Source: Alphaproteobacteria bacterium
Lineage (GTDB): Bacteria; Pseudomonadota; Alphaproteobacteria; SHVV01
Assembly: GCA_965261735.1 (NCBI GenBank)
Contig: OZ253470.1
Coordinates: 960,001 to 1,024,000, forward strand
Reading direction: 5' to 3'
Length of the DNA stretch: 64,000 bases
Under the pieces are notes generated by a model. That model was not told the DNA's origin and did no database searches. It saw only the letters and a list, made by a program, of their open reading frames with translations. The translations under genes were made by a program, and so were the position numbers. This document shows, in pieces, positions 55,883 through 64,000 of the stretch; position 1 is the stretch's first letter, and each line of letters starts with the position of its first letter.

Positions 55883-57529
55883 GAGCGTGCGCCGTAGAAG
55901 TTTTGATGTTGGGCGATTGGCGCGCGGCCGCCGGAGAGGTGGGATTTTGGCCCGAGTGTGGATATCTGGCCCGCCCGACTCTGGGATGGAAATCCCAGAC
56001 CGGAAGGCCGGAAGGGAAGAGATTCGCGTTTCATACGCGGTCGATGGGCACTGCGCGCCCCGGATCAAGTGCGTTGGCAGGCCAGCACCTGCCTCAGCAC
56101 GTGGCCACCGTCCCCATCCGCTTGATGTTCAACGCCAAGCACACGAGGTCCCACTCGCCGCGCACCTTCGCCAAGCCTCGCAGGCTGAATCGTCGGAATC
56201 CGAGCACCTCCTTGATCCACCCGTTCGGCGCCTCCGAGAGCCACTTGCGTTGCGCGTACCGGGCTTTGCCCGCGGGGCTCGCCAGTTTCTCACCCATGCG
56301 GTGCGTGGCAGGGAGCCGGGCCGGGTCGACCGCCACCTGGGACTTGCCTTCACGCCCCAGCGCTACGTGCGCGTCGATGCCGCGATCTTCCAGCTCCAAC
56401 AGATCCGGCTCGTTGCAGTAGCCCGCATCGGCCAGTACCACCGCAGGCTCGACCCCAAACGTCTCGTTGATCTCGTCGAGCATCCCCACCAGCTGACCCT
56501 GGTCGCTGGCCTGTGGCCCCACCTGAGTCGCGACGATGATCTGGTGCTCCCCATCGACCGCCATCTGCGCGTTGTAGCACTGCTGGAACCCCTCGCTGCT
56601 GGTCTTCATGATCTGGCTCTCGGGATCGGTGAAATTGCTCTGCGCCTTCGGCTCGGGCTCGCCGTAGGCCCGCTTGTAAGGCCGCCCGCCCCGGGGATTG
56701 CGGTCCTGCCCCGGCTCGCGCCCGCGCTCATCGTCGCGCCCGCGTTGCGCCGCCTCCAAACGCGCTTTGGCTGCCTGGATCGCCGCCAGGCGCTTCTCCC
56801 TGCGTTGCAACTCCTCGGGCAACTCGTCGCCCCGGAAATCCTCGCCCCAACGCTCGTCTTCTTCGGCGTCCACCATCCCCGCCGTCGTCAGCAGCGCCTC
56901 GATCTCCGCCTGCAAGCGAGCCGCCTCTTTGCCCATCCGCTCATAGCTCATCGCCTTGCGCTTGCTCGCGTTCGCTCGCACCTTCGTCCCGTCGACCGAG
57001 AGCTTGCCGAACCGCGCCAGTCCCATCTCGCGCGCCACCTGCACCACCCCCACAAACAGCTCGCTGAACTCCGCCAGATGTCGGCGTCGGAACTCACATA
57101 CCGTGCGATGTTGCGGGAAGTTGCCCGCCGCGAGCATCCTAAACGCTACATCCTCCTCCAGCTTCCTCGCCACCGCGCGCGAGGAGAATGTGCCCGTCGC
57201 GTAGGCATAGATCAGCACCTTGACCATCATCGACGGCTCGTAGGGGGCGTTGCGTCGACCGTCCCCCTCGTAGGGCGCATAGAACGCCGTCAAGTCCAGT
57301 GCATCGACCACATCGCTGACGTGATGAGCCAGGTGCCCTGGGGAAACCCACTCCTGCAAGTCCGGCGGCAAAAGCAAGGGTTGGTCCGGCTGGTAGGCAC
57401 GAAACGTGGTCGGCATCGGGAGTTCCCACACGCAACTGGCGTATCGGATCATACTTCCCCCTGCGCAAATCCACCCACAACCCGTCCGCTATCAACTTTG
57501 CCGCGCGGACCTTTCTGCGGCGCACGCTC
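55883..57529 (-). mobile_element. IS1182 family insertion sequence
   Basis: IR GAGCGTGCGCCG(T/C)AGAA at both ends; CTAG duplicated at 55879 and 57530. Confidence 0.9.
56094..57416 (-). CDS. IS1182 family transposase (intact)
   Basis: QPLLLPPDL, YEPSMMVKVLIYAY, VDGTKVRANAS, TDPESQIM and ADAGY motifs. Confidence 0.93.
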   Translation of the reverse strand: MPTTFRAYQPDQPLLLPPDLQEWVSPGHLAHHVSDVVDALDLTAFYAPYEGDGRRNAPYEPSMMVKVLIYAYATGTFSSRAVARKLEEDVAFRMLAAGNFPQHRTVCEFRRRHLAEFSELFVGVVQVAREMGLARFGKLSVDGTKVRANASKRKAMSYERMGKEAARLQAEIEALLTTAGMVDAEEDERWGEDFRGDELPEELQRREKRLAAIQAAKARLEAAQRGRDDERGREPGQDRNPRGGRPYKRAYGEPEPKAQSNFTDPESQIMKTSSEGFQQCYNAQMAVDGEHQIIVATQVGPQASDQGQLVGMLDEINETFGVEPAVVLADAGYCNEPDLLELEDRGIDAHVALGREGKSQVAVDPARLPATHRMGEKLASPAGKARYAQRKWLSEAPNGWIKEVLGFRRFSLRGLAKVRGEWDLVCLALNIKRMGTVATC

Positions 57530-57533
57530 CTAG

Positions 57534-59298
57534 GTGGAAGGCGTGGCGTTTGGACCGTGGGGGCGCCTCGCCGGTCGTGGCCCTGATGGCCTTGGCCGCG
57601 ATCGCCGGCTGCGCGAACGGTACCCCGCGCACGATCGTCGCGGCGGAACCCCTCGTGAGGATCGCGGCGGCAGAAGCGGGGTCGCTTTCGAGCTCGGCCC
57701 TGGGCCAGTACCTTGCGGCAAGGCAAGCGCGGGCCGGTGGTGATACGGGGGCGGCCGCGGAGTTCTTCCTGCACGCGCTCGAGGCCGATCCGGACAACCA
57801 GCGACTGCTGCGCGAGACCTTCGCGGTTCTACTCGCCGGCGGGCGCATGGAGGAGGCGACTGAGCTTGCGGCGCGCTTGGTCGAGACGAACGCGCGGGCT
57901 GGTCTTGCCAATGTGGTGTTGGGCGTTGCGGAGATAAAGGCCGGCCACTTCGGCGCCGCGCGGGAGCGCCTTCGCAAGACCTCGAAACGGCAGTCCAATG
58001 CGCTGTTGGTGCCGCTGCTCACGGCGTGGGCGGAGCTCGGTCAAGGTGAAACGGACGCGGCCGTCGAGGCTTTATCGGAGCTGTCACGAAACCAGTCGTT
58101 CGATCCCTACCGCAGCTTCCATGGCGCGCTGGTCAACGACGTGGCGGGCCGCGCCGCCGATGCGGAGGAGGCCTTTCGCGCTACGCTCGCGGGTAAGCGT
58201 TCCGGCGCCATCAGGGTTGCCTTGGCGCTCGGCAACTTCCTCGAGCGCCAGGAGCGAAGGGCCGAGGCGAAGGAGGTCTATCGGGCGGGCTTGGCCGAAG
58301 ATCCGGACGATCCCCTGATCGCGCGAGCGCTCGACCTCGAATCTGGCGCGCCAGTGCCGGCGCGGTTTGTCGCCACGATTGGCGATGGCGCGGCGGAGGC
58401 GCTCTACGGCGTGGCCGCCACCCTGGCCGCCGATGGTGCCTACGAGGCGGCCGCGAACTACGCGCGTCTGGCGATCGACCTCAAGACCGAGTTCCCGGCG
58501 GCGCAGATGCTTCTCGGCAATCTGCTCGAATCGGGGCGGCGCTGGTCGGAGGCGGCCGCCGCGTTCGAAGGGATCGATCTGCGCTCGCCCTACTCCTGGG
58601 ATGCGCGCATCCGGGTCGCGGTGCTGCTCGATCGCCGGGATCGCGTGGACGAGGCCATTGTCCTCTTGCGCTCGCTCGCCGATGAGCGGCCGGCAAGCAT
58701 GGACGCTCTCATTGCCCTCGGCGATCTCTATCGCGAAAAGGAGCAATGGCCAGAGGCGGTGGCCGAGTATGATCGTGCGGCGGCGCGCGTGGGCACCCCG
58801 ACCGAAAACGCCTGGGCGTTGTTCTACACCCGCGGCATCGCGCTCGAGCGGGCGCGCCAATGGCCGCGGGCGGAAGCCGACTTCCTGCGAGCGCTCGAGC
58901 TCAGGCCCGAACATCCCCTGGTCCTCAACTACCTCGGCTACTCCTGGGTCGACCAGGGCCTCCACCTAGAGCGGGCGCTCGGCATGATCAAGAAAGCGGT
59001 CGAGCTCCGCCCGCGCGACGGCTACATCATCGATAGCCTAGGCTGGGTGCTCTATCGCATGGACAGGTTCGGCGAAGCGGTCAAGAACCTTGAGCGTGCC
59101 GTCGAGCTGCGCCCGACTGACCCGGTCATCAACGACCATCTCGGCGACGCCTATTGGCGGGTCGGCCGCACCAACGAGGCCCGTTTCCAGTGGCGGCGCG
59201 CGCTCTCGCTCAAGCCCGAAGCCGATACCATGCCGACGATTCGGCGCAAGATCGAAGAGGGGCTCCCCGCCGACGGCGCGAGCGAGCATGGCGGTTAG
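57534..59298 (+). CDS. TPR-repeat lipoprotein (5' end separated by IS1182; native start at 55836 or 55872)
   Basis: Lipobox IAGC, TPRs, LNYLGYSW, YIIDSLGW and HLGDAYW; usual position upstream of ispE. Confidence 0.88.
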
Positions 59299-60196
59299 CG
59301 ACAGGGGCGCCCCACCGCTGGTGCGATGGACGGCCTACGCCAAGATCAACCTGTACCTACACGTTGTCGGCAGGCGCGCCGACGGTCTGCACCTTATCGA
59401 CAGCCTCATCGCATTTGCGGCGATCGGCGACGAAGTCCGCGCCACCCCCGCGGGCGACCTGAGCCTCGAGGTCGGCGGCCCGTTTGCCGACGGCTTGCGC
59501 GATAACGAGGACAACCTGGTGCTGCACGCGGCCCGCGCGCTGGCTGCGACGAGCGCCGAGCCCGTCGGCGCGCGCCTCGCCCTGACAAAAAACCTGCCCG
59601 TCGCCGCCGGTCTCGGCGGCGGCTCGGCCGATGCGGCGGCCGCACTACGGCTTTTGGCCCGCCTGTGGCGCTCCGGTCTTACCGAGCCGGACCTGCTTGC
59701 GCTCGCGGCCTCGATCGGTACGGATGTTCCGGCCTGCCTGGTTGGGCGCCCGCTGTACGTGGCAGGCGTCGGCGATGAAATCACGCCGGCACCCGCTCTG
59801 CCGTCGGTCCATGTCGCTCTGGTCAACCCGGGCGTGGAACTCACCACGGCCGAGGTGTACGCGGCGTTCTCGGGCCCGGGCTCGCCACCCCCGGACCGCC
59901 CGCCAACCGTGACCGACCTAGCCGACCTCGTGAGCCTCCTGTCGCTTGCGCGAAACGATCTTGCGGCCGCGGCGAGCGAGCTGGAGCCAACGATCGGGCG
60001 GGTTCTCGCATGCCTTGGGCGAGAGCCCGACTGCCTGCTCGCGCGCATGTCGGGAAGCGGCGCCACCTGCTTCGGGCTATTTGCCGACGAGCGCGCCGCG
60101 CGTCGCGCCGCCGCGAGCGTGCGGGCGAGCAACCGCGGGTGGTGGACCGCGCACGCGCCCCTGCTGCGCCCGGCCGCGGTCGCGCGCGCGGCCTGA
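59288..60196 (+). CDS. ispE: 4-diphosphocytidyl-2-C-methyl-D-erythritol kinase
   Basis: AKINLYLHV, PVAAGLGGGSADAA and RMSGSGAT motifs. Confidence 0.96.
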   Translation: MAVSDRGAPPLVRWTAYAKINLYLHVVGRRADGLHLIDSLIAFAAIGDEVRATPAGDLSLEVGGPFADGLRDNEDNLVLHAARALAATSAEPVGARLALTKNLPVAAGLGGGSADAAAALRLLARLWRSGLTEPDLLALAASIGTDVPACLVGRPLYVAGVGDEITPAPALPSVHVALVNPGVELTTAEVYAAFSGPGSPPPDRPPTVTDLADLVSLLSLARNDLAAAASELEPTIGRVLACLGREPDCLLARMSGSGATCFGLFADERAARRAAASVRASNRGWWTAHAPLLRPAAVARAA

Positions 60197-60245
60197 GGTA
60201 CTTTCCGTGACTCTGCCCAAGGTCGCGCCGCGCGAGGCGGGTGGC

Positions 60246-61039
60246 ATGGCGACGCGGGCGGCGACGGCGGTCTGCGCCATGGCGCTCGGGGCCTGCGCCG
60301 CGGTGGCGGATCTGTCGAACGTCCCGTCCGACATCGTCCGCACCTGGGACCGGGCCGTGGTCGTGCTACCGTCGGAGGGCGGGATGCCGGTGGTGGCAAG
60401 GATGGACGATGGCCGGATCGCGCGCTGGCGCAAGACGCGGCCGCCCGGACGCACGTTTCCGGTGGTGTTGTATATGCATGGCTGCGACGGAATCGGCAAT
60501 CTCGCGTTCTTTCGTGCGCTGGCCAACGCGGGGTATGCGGTCGTGGCGCCGGACAGCATGGCGCGGCGTTTTCGCCCGCTGCAGTGTGACCCCAAGACGC
60601 GCACCGGCGGGTACCACCTGTTCGTCTACGACTTTCGGTTGGCCGAAATCAGCTATGCCCTCGAGCGACTCGAATCCATCGACTGGATCGATCGCGGCAA
60701 CCTGTTTCTGGTTGGCGCCAGTGAGGGCGGGGTCGCCACCGCGCTCTACAGGGGCGATGCGTTTCGTGCGCGCATCATCGCGCAGTGGACGTGCCATGGT
60801 GCGCCTGTTGTCCACGGCCTCGCCGCGCCGCCGGAAACGCCGGTTCTCGCGATCGTCAATGGCGGCGATCCGTGGTACGGCGAACGAGCGGCCAGCGAGG
60901 GGACTGCGGCGCCTTCATGGCCGGGCACCTGCTGTCGCGCTCGATCGTGCTCGACGACAGCGCCACCCACGATGTGTTCGCCGATCCCGCCAACGTGAAG
61001 GCCATGCTGGATTTTCTCGATGGCGCGCGTCGTCGGTGA
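60246..61039 (+). CDS. alpha/beta hydrolase (dienelactone hydrolase-like) lipoprotein, apparent frameshift near 60900
   Basis: Lipobox LGAC, VLYMHGCDG, GASEGG nucleophile elbow, GGDPW. The His-containing tail (ATHDV) lies in the other frame after a G run. Confidence 0.7.
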
Positions 61040-61261
61040 GGTCGCGCCCATGGGCGTGATGAGGGCGCGACACGACTGTGGCAGAATTATCACAGTCGCC
61101 AGGAGTGTGCGCCACCGGGGCCGTCCATGACTTGCGCGCCAAGGTAGCGCTGGCTATGTTGATCAAAGCGACTCACAATATTAAGAGTCGAGCGCCGGAG
61201 TGAGATCGCGCGGCGGGGCGGGCGATTGGCGGGCGGCTCGCTTGCGAGTAGGCCTGAAAGA

Positions 61262-61440
61262 GGGTGCGAGTCTCGCATGGCAGTGATGTCTGCGGCTTGG
61301 TTCGTTGAGTTCAGGCAGCGATTGCCATGGCTGCTGCACGTGGACTGATGTTGTCGTTGGCCGGTGTGTCGGTTGCGCTGATCAGGGCCTTCCATGCCCG
61401 CTCGAAGCGGCCGGATTTGATCAGGGGCGGAAGGTCAGAA
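61262..61440 (-). mobile_element. transposase C-terminal remnant with probable IS end (ISKra4-like)
   Basis: LIKSGRFERAWKALISA...ANDN...AA* resembles the ends of ISKra4-type transposases; GGGTGCGAGTCTC at 61262 is a candidate terminal IR. Confidence 0.45.
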
Positions 61441-61794
61441 CAGCCTGTCCGCCAGCCCGCCGCCTCGTTCAGCTGCACCAGCTCGTCCTCGCCCTCGCGC
61501 GCACGGATCTCGGCGATGATTGCGTCGGCGACCGGCGAGGGCGCCTTCCCCATGCACAGCAGGCGGATCACGCCGGGTGCCGTGTCGATTGCTTTTGCGC
61601 GCGCCGCCGCCGAGATCGCTGCGCACGAACAGGTAGCGCGGGAACAGGGGCGTCGCGATCCAGTCCGTGCGACGCGCATGGCGGCGGCGCTTGAGGCAGC
61701 GCGGCAGATACACCTCGATGCCGCGCTCCCACAGGTTGCTGCGGGCCCACAGCTCGCTACCCGCCTGCGTGTGGACGGCGTACCAGCGCGTCAT
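61441..61794 (-). pseudogene. NusG-paralog (RfaH/UpxY-like) antiterminator, frameshifted and lacking KOW
   Basis: RWYAVHTQ, EVYLP, PLFPRYLFV, then +1 at an A run into IDTAPGVIRLL..PSPVADAII. Homology stops at GWRTG. Confidence 0.8.
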
Positions 61795-62450
61795 GCGCCG
61801 CCCTCCCGGACCGCGCCATCGGGCGCGCGGACGATCTTGAGCAGGGGTGGGATCAGGATGCGTTCCTCGGCGAGCTCGTTCGCCAGCGCCTCGTAAGCGG
61901 CCTGCGGCCTTTTGAGCTCGGTCACGACGACGGCGTCGAGGTCCCCGAGCTCTTCCAGGCGCGCCACCCTCGGTAGCTGCCTGAACGTCTGTCCGTCGAC
62001 CCTGCCGTCGACGACGCCGACGATCTCGACCTGATGCTGCAGTGCGCACAGCTGCGCGATCTCGGCGAGCTCCCCCGCCCCGCACAGCCCGACGCGACGC
62101 CAGCCGCGGGCCGCGCAGCGCGCCAGCAGTTCGTCGAACTGGTTGCGGGCCTGGCGGTAGAGGTGCAGCGAGCTCGCCAGGTAGCGCGCGGTCAGGCGGC
62201 TCTTTTCAGCGAACCCCTTGGGCGTGACGTAGTAGGCATAGCGGTTGGCCGGTGCCTGCGAGGCCTTGATCCAGCCGCGGTGAATGCAGCGCCTGAGATA
62301 GGCGTTGGTAAGGCCGAGGGCGATGCCGAGTTCGCGCGCCAGCGAACGCTGCGAGATGCTCGCGTTATCGCGCACCGTGTCGAGGAGATCGAGTGTGATG
62401 CGGCTCTCGGCATCGTTCTCACCGCGCCCCGACGCCGGACTGCTCGGCAT
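61791..62450 (-). CDS. MarR-like winged-helix regulator (EPS-locus type) with C-terminal Rossmann-like domain
   Basis: ISQRSLARELGIALGLTNAYL, RYAYYVTPKGFAEKSRLT and GLCGAGELAEIA motifs. Confidence 0.88.
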   Translation of the reverse strand: MPSSPASGRGENDAESRITLDLLDTVRDNASISQRSLARELGIALGLTNAYLRRCIHRGWIKASQAPANRYAYYVTPKGFAEKSRLTARYLASSLHLYRQARNQFDELLARCAARGWRRVGLCGAGELAEIAQLCALQHQVEIVGVVDGRVDGQTFRQLPRVARLEELGDLDAVVVTELKRPQAAYEALANELAEERILIPPLLKIVRAPDGAVREGGA

Positions 62451-62496
62451 CTCGCCCCCATCCCTGCCGCCGCCAATCCGCCCCAGCGGCGAGCCG

Positions 62497-62540
62497 TGTT
62501 CGCGGCGCGAACACTACTGCGTTCACGCCATGAACGTCAA
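62497..62540 (-). promoter_or_regulatory. sigma70-like promoter with two palindromic operators
   Basis: Minus strand TTGACG-N18-TAGTGT; palindromes TGTTCG-N5-CGAACA (62497-62513) and CGTTCA-N5-TGAACG (62520-62536). Confidence 0.6.
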
Positions 62541-62556
62541 GCCTGGGCGCGGCCGT

Positions 62557-63636
62557 TCAGGGTGCCGCGGCGGACTCGAGTGGGCCCCTGCGCGGCGCGC
62601 CGGCAATGCCCGAGAAACGGCTCGGGATGCGCTGGATATCGCGCATCACCTCGGAGGGCAGGTCGGGCCAGGCCTCCTCGGCAATGCCGAGGGTCACCGT
62701 GTCGGCGACGCCACCGAAGCGCGCTTCGATCTCGCCGGCGATGACGGCGTGGGTGCCGACGGCGGCGAACAGGTGCACGACCTCGTCGGGGATTTCCGCG
62801 GCCATGGCCGCCCAGGCGCCGCGGCGCGAGAGCTCGCGCAGCTTAGGCTCGAGGTCGGCGAGGCCGTGGAGCTCGAACACCTGCCGGTAGGCCGGCGTCG
62901 AGCCATAAAAGGCGACGCGGCCGCGGACCTCCTCGAAGCGCGCAGCGACGGTGGCCTCATCGGCGCCGGTGGCGATGAAGCCGCCGCCGCAGATCTCGAA
63001 GTGGCTGCGCGCGCGGCCACCGTTGGCGAGGCCTTCCTCGAGGCGCCGGACGACGACCTCCTCGAGATAGCGGCGGGTGCAGAAGGCGTGCAGCCTGACG
63101 CCATCGCAGGCTTCGCCGGCGAGGCGCAGCATCGCCGGCCCGACGGCGGCGATCGTGATCGGCGGTGGCGCGAGCCCGCTTGGGGCCGGCGCGAAGTTCG
63201 GGGTCATGAGCGTGAAGCGGTAGTGCTCGCCGCGGTAGTCGAGCGGCTCGCCCGTCTCCCAGCAGCGCCAGATCGCGCGTAAAGCGCCGACGTATTCGCG
63301 CATGCGCGGCGCCGGCGCGCTCCACGGCACACTGAAGCGGCGCTCGTTGTGGGCCTTGATCTGGCTGCCGAGCCCCATGACGAAGCGGCCGCGCGACGCG
63401 GTATGCAGGTCCCAGCCTTGGTGCGCCGCCGACATCGGGCTGCGGGCGAAGGCGATCGCGACGCCGGTCGCGAGCTCGACACGCGCCGTCGCCGTCGCCG
63501 CGACGGCGAGCGGGAGGAACGGATCGTGCGCCTGCTCCGACGTCATCACGCCGTCATAGCCGGCGGCCTCGGCGGTGCGCGCGGCTTCGGCGACGGCGTT
63601 CAAGTCGGCCTGCGGCAGGCTCGCGATGACACGCAT
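62557..63636 (-). CDS. LLM-class (probable F420-dependent) oxidoreductase
   Basis: EQAHDPFLPL, AIAFARSP, GLGSQIKAHNERRF and AFYGSTPAY motifs. Confidence 0.88.
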   Translation of the reverse strand: MRVIASLPQADLNAVAEAARTAEAAGYDGVMTSEQAHDPFLPLAVAATATARVELATGVAIAFARSPMSAAHQGWDLHTASRGRFVMGLGSQIKAHNERRFSVPWSAPAPRMREYVGALRAIWRCWETGEPLDYRGEHYRFTLMTPNFAPAPSGLAPPPITIAAVGPAMLRLAGEACDGVRLHAFCTRRYLEEVVVRRLEEGLANGGRARSHFEICGGGFIATGADEATVAARFEEVRGRVAFYGSTPAYRQVFELHGLADLEPKLRELSRRGAWAAMAAEIPDEVVHLFAAVGTHAVIAGEIEARFGGVADTVTLGIAEEAWPDLPSEVMRDIQRIPSRFSGIAGAPRRGPLESAAAP

Positions 63637-63660
63637 TCTCGGGCCTCGGGTGAGCGGCGG

Positions 63661-64000
63661 CTATTCCGCGGCCTGCGCCAGCGCGGATTCCAGGCCCTCG
63701 CCCTCGGGATCGCTTAGCGCGGCCTGGCGCGCCCGGGCGATGTTGCGGACGGCGTCAGCGGGGGCTCCGCCTTCAAGCGCGGGCTCGACGAGGGCCTCGA
63801 AGACGCGCAGTAAGTTGCCCACGCCGCGGCGCCGGGTGCCGCTGTAGCCCTTGATCATGCGCGCGCATTCGACGATCTCCAGTGCCAACGGCCGATCTGC
63901 CTCGGCGGCCCGGCGGATGGCCGCGAGCCAGCGCTCGATGAGCGCGTTCTCCTCGGCGAAGCCGAGGCTTAGTGGCCGCAGGAAGCGCAAGCGCGCCAGG
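63661..64000 (-). CDS. C-terminus of indolepyruvate ferredoxin oxidoreductase beta-subunit family protein (partial)
   Basis: LRFLRPLSLGFAEENALIERWL...ARMIKGYSGTRRRG pattern. Confidence 0.7.
   Translation of the reverse strand, partial: LARLRFLRPLSLGFAEENALIERWLAAIRRAAEADRPLALEIVECARMIKGYSGTRRRGVGNLLRVFEALVEPALEGGAPADAVRNIARARQAALSDPEGEGLESALAQAAE

Noticed and set aside
61136-61156. ops/JUMPstart-like GGTAGCG near the NusG paralog
   Set aside because: Poor match, wrong strand, and downstream of the gene.
62557-63636. F420-dependent LLM as a novel trait
   Set aside because: This family is already widespread in uncultured alphaproteobacteria, and no cof/fbi genes are in the window to support more.

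Overview
High-GC alphaproteobacterial chromosomal window (gene order and leader peptides suggest a Rhodospirillales-like lineage; this is inference). The core is a complete minus-strand dcw cluster (mraZ-rsmH-ftsL-ftsI-murE-murF-mraY-murD-ftsW-murG-murC-murB-ddl-ftsQ-ftsA-ftsZ-lpxC-bamD-recN-ligA). It is flanked by housekeeping genes (AsmA-like protein, D-lactate dehydrogenase-like oxidase, ClC, uvrD, prmA, aminopeptidase P, moaB, lytic transglycosylase, UDG, ETF-QO, TPR lipoprotein, ispE). Accessory features are: (i) a 2.8 kb lower-GC insert at 15864-18627 with a GH24/T4-lysozyme-like gene convergent with an exported protein, preceded by a decayed second copy of the same pair (candidate muramidase toxin/immunity cassette array, the best candidate for an undescribed system); (ii) an IS hotspot upstream of mraZ (IS630, two dead inverted IS1595 copies, one nested in an IS5) with an adenylate cyclase and an HNH pseudogene; (iii) an IS1182 inserted in the signal peptide of the TPR gene upstream of ispE; (iv) a MarR-like/NusG-paralog head of a probable polysaccharide operon that has lost its downstream genes. 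Many nonsense and frameshift lesions point to ongoing genome erosion, although single homopolymer frameshifts may be sequencing errors. Candidate regulatory sites include MraZ boxes, a LexA box, LysR-type palindromes, twin operators and a terminator-like hairpin in the bamD leader. All family assignments come from motif recognition by eye, not database searches.
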